From the IMG/VR virus record IMGVR_UViG_3300035698_026680, positions 38,500 to 102,499 of that record: a stretch of DNA of 64,000 nucleotides. One strand, 5' to 3'. Source of the stretch: a virus. The notes below the pieces were generated by a model. The model made no database searches, was not told the DNA's origin, and saw nothing but the letters and a program-made list of their open reading frames with translations. The translations under genes were made by a program, and so were the position numbers. Of this stretch, positions 21,646 to 29,581 are shown piece after piece (within the stretch, counting starts at the first letter, position 1; every line of letters begins with the position of its first letter).

Positions 21646-21822
21646 GCGGCGATGGTGTAGTGGTAGCACATCCTTTATCGAGCAACACCCTGGGACAAGC
21701 TCCCCAGTTCGGTACCGCTCACAATATAAATTCACTAGGTTTAAAGGTCTAGAGTTTTCTCGAGAACCTTTAAGCGGATGAAGTTACAATGGAAGACAAG
21801 GGTTCGAATCCCTTTCGCCGCT
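21646..21822 (+). ncRNA. tRNA-like RNA with a ~113-nt structured insert in place of the anticodon loop
   Basis: Perfect acceptor GCGGCGA/TCGCCGC plus U73; D-arm GTGT-AGTGGTA-GCAC; T-arm AAGGG-TTCGAAT-CCCTT; anticodon-stem halves separated by 21676-21788. Confidence 0.8.
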
Positions 21823-21828
21823 CAAAAT

Positions 21829-21901
21829 GGGCTTGTAGCTCAGTCGGAAGAGCATTCGCTTTGCAAGCGAAAGGCCGAGAGTTCGATTCTCTCCAGGTCC
21901 A
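21829..21901 (+). tRNA. tRNA-Ala(TGC)
   Basis: Cloverleaf; G3-U70; TTCGC-TT-TGC-AA-GCGAA. Confidence 0.93.
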
Positions 21902-21906
21902 CATAT

Positions 21907-21980
21907 CAGGGATTGGCGGAGTTGGCCACCGCGCTCGGTTTGGAACCGAGAGATCATAGGTTCGAATCCTGTATCCCTGA
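21907..21980 (+). tRNA. tRNA-Pro(TGG)
   Basis: Cloverleaf; C1-G72; CTCGG-TT-TGG-AA-CCGAG. Confidence 0.9.
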
Positions 21981-21985
21981 CTAAA

Positions 21986-22056
21986 GGCTTGTTGATTTAA
22001 TGGTAGAATGTCGTCTTGTCAAGGCGATTGCAGGAGTTCGATTCTCCTACAGGCCG
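21986..22056 (+). tRNA. tRNA-Asp(GTC)
   Basis: Cloverleaf; TCGTC-TT-GTC-AA-GGCGA; G73. Confidence 0.88.
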
Positions 22057-22088
22057 CTAAGTAATGAGTATTAGGAAAAGGAGAAGAA

Positions 22089-22421
22089 ATGGGCAAAGCA
22101 TGGAAAGATTTAGAAAGAACTGCCGCTAAAATTCTTGGTGGCAAAAGAATAATCAGAGAACATTTTGGCGTTAAAAAGCCGGATGTAAAACTAAAAGACT
22201 TCCCTAACTTCAAGATTGATACTAAACGCTATAAAAAGTTTAGAGTTTTTTCTTTATACGAAGAAGTCAAAAAGAGATATTGCAAAAAGCCTGTAGATCA
22301 GGTTATTCTTGTTTTAAGACAACACAATAAACAAACCAAATTAGCAGTCATAGACTTAAATCTATTGGCAAAGCTTATTAATTTTGTAAGAGAAAAGGAA
22401 GGTCAAAATGGTTTTCGTTAA
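22089..22421 (+). CDS. Holliday-junction resolvase-like PD-(D/E)XK protein
   Basis: WKDLERTAAKILGGKR ... PDV ... IDTKR. Confidence 0.55.
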   Translation: MGKAWKDLERTAAKILGGKRIIREHFGVKKPDVKLKDFPNFKIDTKRYKKFRVFSLYEEVKKRYCKKPVDQVILVLRQHNKQTKLAVIDLNLLAKLINFVREKEGQNGFR

Positions 22422-22908
22422 AAATTTACTTTCTAGATTTCGAAAGGATAAAATGAGAGATAAAAGATATTTCTTAAATGCGGAAATAAAGTTTGATTCC
22501 GCTCATCGTTTGTCTAATTATAAGGGAAAATGTAGCAATCTTCATGGTCATACTTACCGGGTCATAATCACTGTTAGTTCAAACAAATTGAATAATTGGG
22601 GAGCCGTAATGGATTTTGGTAAATTAAAGCATCTTCTAAAAGAGAAGGTTGATGAAAAATACGACCATAAAACGATTCTCTATATCGGAGATAAAGAAAA
22701 CCAAGTTATTGGCAATGTCTTAACAGAAGATGCTATTGCTTGGATGAACAGCAATCCAACTGCCGAAAATATGGCAAGAGAGATTTTTCAAGACTTAGTT
22801 CCAAGCATAAAGGCAGAAAGAAAAAATATTAAATTAGAAGTAGTGGCAGTTTACGAAACAGAGACAAATGTTGCCCGCTATTCAGAAGACTATGAAAAAA
22901 ACAAATAA
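22408..22908 (+). CDS. queD: 6-carboxytetrahydropterin synthase
   Basis: FDSAHRL ... CSNLHGHTY ... MDFG ... DH ... NPTAENMA ... VYETE. Confidence 0.95.
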   Translation: MVFVKNLLSRFRKDKMRDKRYFLNAEIKFDSAHRLSNYKGKCSNLHGHTYRVIITVSSNKLNNWGAVMDFGKLKHLLKEKVDEKYDHKTILYIGDKENQVIGNVLTEDAIAWMNSNPTAENMAREIFQDLVPSIKAERKNIKLEVVAVYETETNVARYSEDYEKNK

Positions 22909-23599
22909 AAAACTTCTAGTAAGTAAAGATGGTGTTTTCTTCTCTTTACAAGGAGAAGGCCCGACAATGGGAAAGCCCGCTATTTTTTTGAGACTTCAAT
23001 TATGCAATCTTCATTGTGCATGGTGCGATACTAAACACACCTGGAATTCGCAAGATGGCGAGTCTTGGAGTATCACTAAAACAGTAATAAAGCTAGGCAG
23101 ATACATGGATAGCGAGCGCTATCGTTATCAGCGTATTGTTATTACAGGCGGCGAGCCACTTCTTCAATCAGATGCGATAGATGAGCTTTTAGGCCAATTT
23201 TGCTATCCACATAGAGTAGAGATTGAAACAAACGGAACAATTAGTCCAAGTCAGGCGATGATTAGTGATGGAGTTAGATTTAATGTTTCTCCAAAATTAG
23301 AAAATTCTGGCAACCTAAAGGAATCAAGATACGCACCTGCAATTCTTCAAGTATTTAATGAAGTGAAAAAGACGAGTTTTAAATTTGTTGTTACTGGACC
23401 AAAAGACATTGCTGAAATTGAAAGAATAGTTAGAGAATGCGATTTGGATTCTGAAAAGATTATTTTAATGCCCGAAGGCAGAAGCCAAGAAGCCATTTCT
23501 AAGCATGGAAAAGCAGTCGCTGAAATATGCAAAGAAAAAGGCTGGCAGTTAATTCCGAGATTACAAGTTATGCTTTGGGGAGACGAAAGGAAAAAATGA
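22892..23599 (+). CDS. queE: 7-carboxy-7-deazaguanine synthase (radical SAM)
   Basis: SLQGEG, CNLHCAWCDT, TGGEP, IETNGT, SPKL. Confidence 0.95.
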   Translation: MKKTNKKLLVSKDGVFFSLQGEGPTMGKPAIFLRLQLCNLHCAWCDTKHTWNSQDGESWSITKTVIKLGRYMDSERYRYQRIVITGGEPLLQSDAIDELLGQFCYPHRVEIETNGTISPSQAMISDGVRFNVSPKLENSGNLKESRYAPAILQVFNEVKKTSFKFVVTGPKDIAEIERIVRECDLDSEKIILMPEGRSQEAISKHGKAVAEICKEKGWQLIPRLQVMLWGDERKK

Positions 23600-24426
23600 A
23601 AAGAGCAATAGCAGTAATTGGATATACAGGTATGGTTGGCAACCCTACTTATAGATGGTTGCATAAGCAAGGACACGAAGTAATGGGAATGGCTCTTGAA
23701 AGCAAAACGCATAGTTGGGACGAGATTAATGCTCGTGCTGAATACATTATTGTCGCAGTCCCGACTCCTTTTGATTGGAAAACAAAAAAATATAAATTAG
23801 ATATTCTTGAAGAAGTTTTGGAAAAGATAGGCAAAAACAAGAAGGTAATTATTAAGTCAACTATTGTACCAGGAACAACCGACAGACTTCAGGCGAAATA
23901 CCCAGAAATGTTCCTTTTCTTTAACCCAGAGTTTTTAAGTGTAAAAACTGCATGGGAAGACTTTGTTAATCCCGATAGACAGATAATTGGACACACACAA
24001 AAGAGTTATAAATACGCCCAAGATGCTTTAAGTCTACTACCCCAAAGTCCATTTGATGTAATTATGAGAGCTAGTGAAGCTGAAATTTGTAAGTATGTCA
24101 ATAATTTCCACGGAGCATTAATGGTAATGTTTACTAATTTATTCTACGATATTTCTCAAAAAATTGGAGCACAATATGAAATGGTTAAAAAAGGAAGCCT
24201 TGCTTCTAAATGGGTAGGATCACCAATGGGAAGAATGTATTGGGACGTGTTTCACAAAGGCAAAAGGGGCTATGGGGGTGGATGTTTCCCTAAAGATATT
24301 AACAGTCTAATTCAGTGGTGTAAAGAAAACAAAATTGATGCTGAAATTCTTGAAGCCACTAAAAAAGCCAATATGCGTATATTAAAAACTCAGGGCTTGA
24401 CTGAAGAAGCCGCGGAGAAAAAATGA
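23596..24426 (+). CDS. UDP-glucose/GDP-mannose dehydrogenase family protein (short form)
   Basis: GYTGMVG, VPTP, KSTIVPGTT, NPEFL, GYGGGCFPKD. Confidence 0.88.
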   Translation: MKRAIAVIGYTGMVGNPTYRWLHKQGHEVMGMALESKTHSWDEINARAEYIIVAVPTPFDWKTKKYKLDILEEVLEKIGKNKKVIIKSTIVPGTTDRLQAKYPEMFLFFNPEFLSVKTAWEDFVNPDRQIIGHTQKSYKYAQDALSLLPQSPFDVIMRASEAEICKYVNNFHGALMVMFTNLFYDISQKIGAQYEMVKKGSLASKWVGSPMGRMYWDVFHKGKRGYGGGCFPKDINSLIQWCKENKIDAEILEATKKANMRILKTQGLTEEAAEKK

Positions 24427-24575
24427 AAGAACTATTTTTATCAACTTTAACAGGAAGTGTTTGCGGATTTATTTTTAGCAAACTAGGACTTCCTATTCCT
24501 GCCCCTGGCGTATTAGCAGGGATCATGGGAATTATAGGAATCTTTCTAGGTTATAAACTTGCAGGATTAATATGA
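24423..24575 (+). CDS. XapX/DUF1427-like small membrane protein (50 aa, absent from the ORF track)
   Basis: MKELFLSTLTGSVCGFIFSKLGLPIPAPGVLAGIMGIIGIFLGYKLAGLI; ATGA-coupled to both neighbours. Confidence 0.75.
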   Translation: MKELFLSTLTGSVCGFIFSKLGLPIPAPGVLAGIMGIIGIFLGYKLAGLI

Positions 24576-25240
24576 AAACCAAAAAAACAATTTTAGTTAT
24601 GTCGGGCGGAATTGATTCTTCAACTCTTGCCTATTACCTAAAAGACAAGGGACATGAAGTTAAAGCCCTAACTTTTAACTATGGCCAAAAACATGATAAT
24701 GAAATAGATGCTGCGGCTAAAATTTGCGTAGAAGCAGAAATTCCCTGGAAACTCGTTGATATTTCTGCGGTGAAATATCTTCTTGATTCAGCTTTAACCA
24801 ACGATAAAAGAAAAATTCCCGAAGGCCATTATGCTGATAAAAACATGGAATCAACGGTTGTTCCAAACAGAAATATGATTATGCTATCAATCGCTGCGGG
24901 CTATGCCAAGTCGATTGGGTTTGATTATATTGCTTTTGCTGCTCATGGTGGTGACCATTTTATCTATCCTGATTGTCGCCCTGGATTTGTTGATATACTT
25001 ACTGCCGCCATTAGGTCTGCTTTTGGACACTCAGACGATGCCCCTAAATTAATCGCTCCCTTTGTCGATTTCGACAAAACAGATATTGTTAGAATGGGCC
25101 ACATGTTAAAAGTCCCTTTTAAAATTACTTGGTCTTGTTATAAAGGAAGGGTAAAGCACTGCGGCAAATGTGGGACTTGCGTTGAGCGCAAAGAAGCGTT
25201 CAAGCTCGCTAAAGTGTCTGATCCAACAAAATATGAATAA
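24572..25240 (+). CDS. queC: 7-cyano-7-deazaguanine synthase
   Basis: SGGIDS, YGQKH, VPNRN, YPDCR, TWSCY ... CGKCGTC. Confidence 0.96.
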   Translation: MKTKKTILVMSGGIDSSTLAYYLKDKGHEVKALTFNYGQKHDNEIDAAAKICVEAEIPWKLVDISAVKYLLDSALTNDKRKIPEGHYADKNMESTVVPNRNMIMLSIAAGYAKSIGFDYIAFAAHGGDHFIYPDCRPGFVDILTAAIRSAFGHSDDAPKLIAPFVDFDKTDIVRMGHMLKVPFKITWSCYKGRVKHCGKCGTCVERKEAFKLAKVSDPTKYE

Positions 25241-25270
25241 ATATTACTATCCATGGGAGATTAACGAAAA

Positions 25271-25882
25271 ATGAGCTTACAAAGCGGATCAACCAAACCA
25301 TCTAAAAACAAAATTAATAGCGTAAAGCTTTTTAAAGCGGCAGAGATGCTTCTAGATGCAATAGAAGGGCCAAACAGGAGAGAAGGAACGGAAAGAACAC
25401 CAGAAAGAATAGCCCGTGATTGGCCAGAGATTTTTGAAGGCTATAATTACAAAGCAAAAGATGTTCTTAATAGGACATTTCAGGCAGAGCGCTATGATGA
25501 AATGATTATCGTGAGTACTGATTTTACTAGCACTTGCGAACACCATATATTGCCATTTAAAGGTAAAGCCTGGATAGGCTATATTCCCAAAAAGAAGATC
25601 GTAGGGCTAGACAAGTTGATTAAACTTGTTTGGATGTTCTCTAAAAGACTTCAAAATCAAGAAAGAATTACTCGCCAAGTAGCAGAATCGGTTGATAAGG
25701 TTCTAAAACCCAAAGGAGTTATGGTCGTACTAAAAGCTACGCATGACTGTGTTTCACTAAGGGGAACAAAGTCAATAAATAGCATTACGACAACTTCTGC
25801 TTGCTTCGGAGCGTTTAGAAAGAAAATCGCGGCAAGAAATGAATTTTTAAGCCTTATTAAAACAGACTTCGACAAAAAATGA
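25271..25882 (+). CDS. folE: GTP cyclohydrolase I
   Basis: TPER, CEHHILPF, RLQNQERIT, HDCVSLRG. Confidence 0.95.
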   Translation: MSLQSGSTKPSKNKINSVKLFKAAEMLLDAIEGPNRREGTERTPERIARDWPEIFEGYNYKAKDVLNRTFQAERYDEMIIVSTDFTSTCEHHILPFKGKAWIGYIPKKKIVGLDKLIKLVWMFSKRLQNQERITRQVAESVDKVLKPKGVMVVLKATHDCVSLRGTKSINSITTTSACFGAFRKKIAARNEFLSLIKTDFDKK

Positions 25883-26694
25883 GATTATATTTCGCAGGAT
25901 ACAGTCCTTACTGGAGAGAAGCCAAGAAAGCGAAGATTGAAAACCTGCTTGAGTCTTATTTGAAGTTTAGAAGGGGATCTGGAAAGAGTGGGTTTATCCA
26001 ATGGCATAAAAGAAAGGGTTTGCTAGGAAAGAAGATTTTTATAGACTCTGGAGCCTTCTCAGCGTGGACTAGGGGCGTTTCAATCGACATTGATAAGTAT
26101 GCGGCCTTTATTAAAAAGCATCTTTCTCACATAGAAGTTTACGCCAATCTTGATGTTATTGGAGATGCAAAGGCAACCGCTAAAAACCAGGCTTACTTAG
26201 AAAGCAAAGGACTCAAACCCTTAGCCACTTTTCACATTGGCTCTCTCTATTCCGAGTTAGAGAAAATGGTTAAGCAATACGAATATCTTGCCCTGGGCGG
26301 CCTAGTTGGTGTTACTCAAAAAAGAAGAATAAAGCATTTGGATAAATGTTTTAGGATTATCCGCTTGAATGCCAAGGTTCATGGTTTTGGCATTGGTGAC
26401 TTAAAATTATTGCTGCGCTACCCTTTTTATTCAGTTGATAATACAAACTGGATACTTGGCGGAAGAATAGGGGCAGTCTATAAATTCGATAAAAAAAATC
26501 TTAAACTACAAAGCACATTCTATAAAGATAAGCGGATTCTTGATAGAATAAGAAAAGTAGATGTCTACAAGTTTTTTGAACACAAAAGCGTAGCACATAA
26601 AAATCGCTGTTTTGAAAATGCAGTAATATTTAAAGAATTAGAGTCTTTTGTAACCCGTGTTTGGGAAGCAAGGGGCGTGAAATGGAGTAATTAA
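25879..26694 (+). CDS. DpdA/TGT-like 7-deazaguanine transglycosylase
   Basis: IDSGAFS, LDVIGD, ALGGLV, VHGFG and SVD TGT-fold motifs; no CxCxxC zinc site; follows the preQ0 genes. Confidence 0.75.
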   Translation: MRLYFAGYSPYWREAKKAKIENLLESYLKFRRGSGKSGFIQWHKRKGLLGKKIFIDSGAFSAWTRGVSIDIDKYAAFIKKHLSHIEVYANLDVIGDAKATAKNQAYLESKGLKPLATFHIGSLYSELEKMVKQYEYLALGGLVGVTQKRRIKHLDKCFRIIRLNAKVHGFGIGDLKLLLRYPFYSVDNTNWILGGRIGAVYKFDKKNLKLQSTFYKDKRILDRIRKVDVYKFFEHKSVAHKNRCFENAVIFKELESFVTRVWEARGVKWSN

Positions 26695-26695
26695 T

Positions 26696-27355
26696 ATGCC
26701 TAAAAAATATCAGCACCAGATAAAGCTTATTAAAGTAAGCGAGATTCGACTCAATAAATATAATCCAAATGTCATGGATGTTGAGTTGAAAGACCAGTTA
26801 AAAAGAAGAATCGCACAAGAAGGAATGCTTCAACCCATTCTTTTAAGAAAAATTAAGCCTGAGAAGGAAGTTAAATACGAAGTGGTTGATGGCGAACACC
26901 GCTTTCTTGCTACTAAAGAAAATGAATATGAAGAAATTTTAGCACTTGTTCTTGATAAAAGTCTTCCTGAAGCAATGATCTCGACAATTAACATGAATAA
27001 GATTAAAGGCGAGTTCGACACCTTAAAGCTCGCTGGGGTAATTCACGAGCTTCATAAAACCTATTCAATGGAAGAATTGGAAGAAAAACTCGGATATAGT
27101 CCTGAGCAAATGGAAGGAATGGAAAAGCTGTTAACTTATGATTTTGATTCACTTAGCAATGAAGGAATTGATGGCCTAGATAAAACTGCTCCTGAAGAAT
27201 ACGAATTCAAAATAATGTTGACTGCAAAACAAAACGATATTATCAATAAAGCAATCGAAGCGACAGGCAAAGAAGGAATCCCCGATGCTTTGGTTAAAAT
27301 TTCTTTAGAATATCTAGCTAAACATGGCACAAAATCAAATAAAGGACGAACTTAA
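26696..27355 (+). CDS. ParB/Srx-domain protein
   Basis: YNPN ... GMLQPILL ... VVDGEHR. Confidence 0.85.
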   Translation: MPKKYQHQIKLIKVSEIRLNKYNPNVMDVELKDQLKRRIAQEGMLQPILLRKIKPEKEVKYEVVDGEHRFLATKENEYEEILALVLDKSLPEAMISTINMNKIKGEFDTLKLAGVIHELHKTYSMEELEEKLGYSPEQMEGMEKLLTYDFDSLSNEGIDGLDKTAPEEYEFKIMLTAKQNDIINKAIEATGKEGIPDALVKISLEYLAKHGTKSNKGRT

Positions 27356-27977
27356 AGGTCTAGACAAAGTTACAGCTATTGCCCAAAACGCAGAAGCTGA
27401 TAATGTAAATAGGATTGCTCTGCGTAGGGCTAAAGTAAGAGAATTGATGCGCATGGGCTGTGAATCCCATCAAATTCTGCTTATTCTTCAAAAAGGCATC
27501 AAGGTAAGTGACGGAAAAACTGTTAAAATTCGCGTTACGGAATCTATTATTAAAAACGACATCGAGTATGTTCGACAAGAAAATACTGCCGTAGATACTG
27601 ACTTTCGCGAAAAAAGAGCAGGCATTCTTGATAAACTTAGTTATCTATATAATAGAGCCATTACCGAATATGCCAATGCAAAAGGACAAACTAGAAATAG
27701 CTTTTTAAACACAGCCTTGGCGGTTCTTACTAAAATATCAGACATAGAAGGAATAAAAATAGGAGAAGGGGGCAGTGCCGAATTAAGTCAAGAAGCAGAA
27801 ATATCAAAATTCGCTGAAGATGTTAATAAATTAGAAAAAGATGAGCAAACTACTATTCTCGCCGCGATTCACAAAGTTCGTGAACAACGCAAGCTTAAAA
27901 CAACTGGAGACGCTAGAGTTCCTAGCAAAAAACCCGGAGTACCAGCACAAACCGGTGACAATGAAGGAGTATCTTGA
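27324..27977 (+). CDS. Putative terminase small subunit
   Basis: HTH-like N-terminus; directly upstream of and overlapping TerL. Confidence 0.55.
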   Translation: MAQNQIKDELKGLDKVTAIAQNAEADNVNRIALRRAKVRELMRMGCESHQILLILQKGIKVSDGKTVKIRVTESIIKNDIEYVRQENTAVDTDFREKRAGILDKLSYLYNRAITEYANAKGQTRNSFLNTALAVLTKISDIEGIKIGEGGSAELSQEAEISKFAEDVNKLEKDEQTTILAAIHKVREQRKLKTTGDARVPSKKPGVPAQTGDNEGVS

Positions 27978-29520
27978 AAATCCGACCTTTGTTAATCCAC
28001 AAGATACGGCAAGACCCTTCAATAAAAAACTTTTAATAGAAATCTTTGACACAGGAACAACAGCGGAAGATTTTATTAATCTAGGAAAATACGAAGAAAT
28101 ACTCTATATTGCTGGAATTGGATCAGGAAAATCCTATGTTTCTTCAATGGCGATAACCTACATTATCTATCGCCTACTTTGTTTAAGAAATCCCCAAAAG
28201 TACTTTCGCTTTGCTAAGGGAACCAGAATCGCCTTTGTCAATATTTCCAAATCATTCTCTCAGGCCAAAGACATTGTTTTTGGAGAAATCAAAAATAGAA
28301 TTGACCATAGTATTTGGTTCCAAACCTACTACCCTTCTGACCCGCGAATTAAATCAAAAATAAGGTTGCCTAAAAATATCTTCATTTTACCGTTGGGTTC
28401 AAATGAAGAATCTCCATTGGGATACAATATTTTTGGTGCTGTTATTGACGAAGCTTCATTTCATACCATGACAAAAGATAAGGACTATGCCGAAGAATCC
28501 TACAATCAAATTAAAAAGCGTATTCGCTCGCGATTCTTTAGCAAAGGGAAAATGTTTATTATTACTTCTCCTAGATATATTTATGACTTTGCTGAAACAA
28601 AATGGAAAGAAGAAAAGAATAATCCCAAGGTGCTTAGACGAAGAACTCCCCTTTGGGACGCAATGCCTGCCGATATGTTTTGCGGAGATAGATTTGACCT
28701 GGGTGATTATCTTCCAAGATACAGGGGCAAAAAGTTAATGATTCCCGTTGAGTATGAAGGTGAATTTAAACAAAATCCAGAAAGAGCAATGCGAGATTAC
28801 GGAGCCGAACCTTCAATGGCTATTCAGGGCTTCTTTAACGATCCCAATATAATCGAAAGACATGTCAATGATGGGAGAAAACACCCAAAGAGTCCTAGAA
28901 CAGGAAAGTTTTATCCCTGGTTCCATAATAGAATAAGTAGTGAAACCTTTGATTCAGATAAGCGATTTATTCATATCGACTTGGGACTTAATAAAGAAGG
29001 CAAAGGAGATTATGCAGGACTTGCTATGGGTAAATTCAATGGTTGGATGGAAGCAAAGAGCGCAGAAGGCAAAAAAGAGAAACGACCCAAGGTCTTTATT
29101 GATTTGATGTTAAGGATTAAAGCAAAGCCAAAAGATGAAATTCAATTTGAAGATATCCGCAAAATCATTTACCGATTAAAAGATATAGGCTACAACATTC
29201 ACAAAATTACTTTTGATGGTTGGCAATCAGTTGACAGCATTCAAACTTTAAAATCGGCAGGATTTAATGCTGACTTTCTTTCGGTTGATAGAAAACCAGA
29301 AGCATACTACACATTGAAAGCAGCCATTTTAGATAAAAGAATGGACTATTATTATTACCAGCCGTTTGTTGAAGAATTGCAACAATTAGAAGAAGTTAGG
29401 GGAATGAAAATTGACCACCCAAGGGGCGGAAGAAAAGATGTTGCTGATGCTGTCGCAGGAGTTTGTTTCCATGCAGCCCAAGGAACCCCTGGAAGGGGAT
29501 TTAAAGTAATCGGTAAATAG
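27841..29520 (+). CDS. Terminase large subunit
   Basis: Walker A GIGSGKS, Walker B VIDEAS, ITSP; RNase H nuclease motifs HIDLG, FDGWQS, DHP..GRKDVADA. Confidence 0.92.
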   Translation: MSKLLFSPRFTKFVNNASLKQLETLEFLAKNPEYQHKPVTMKEYLENPTFVNPQDTARPFNKKLLIEIFDTGTTAEDFINLGKYEEILYIAGIGSGKSYVSSMAITYIIYRLLCLRNPQKYFRFAKGTRIAFVNISKSFSQAKDIVFGEIKNRIDHSIWFQTYYPSDPRIKSKIRLPKNIFILPLGSNEESPLGYNIFGAVIDEASFHTMTKDKDYAEESYNQIKKRIRSRFFSKGKMFIITSPRYIYDFAETKWKEEKNNPKVLRRRTPLWDAMPADMFCGDRFDLGDYLPRYRGKKLMIPVEYEGEFKQNPERAMRDYGAEPSMAIQGFFNDPNIIERHVNDGRKHPKSPRTGKFYPWFHNRISSETFDSDKRFIHIDLGLNKEGKGDYAGLAMGKFNGWMEAKSAEGKKEKRPKVFIDLMLRIKAKPKDEIQFEDIRKIIYRLKDIGYNIHKITFDGWQSVDSIQTLKSAGFNADFLSVDRKPEAYYTLKAAILDKRMDYYYYQPFVEELQQLEEVRGMKIDHPRGGRKDVADAVAGVCFHAAQGTPGRGFKVIGK

Positions 29521-29581
29521 TTGTTTTTTTTAAAAAAACAGTGTAAGATTCTCTTTAGAAGCAAAGATCTCTAAAAAAACA

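Noticed and set aside
21676-21788. Calling the tRNA insert a canonical group I/II or BHB intron
   Set aside because: Too short, no recognisable catalytic core, and no splice register yields a canonical anticodon loop; kept as an unexplained finding
21014-22213. ORFs overlapping the tRNA array (21259, 21359, 21472, 21569, 21778, 22019)
   Set aside because: Explained by GC-rich tRNA sequence; not credible proteins
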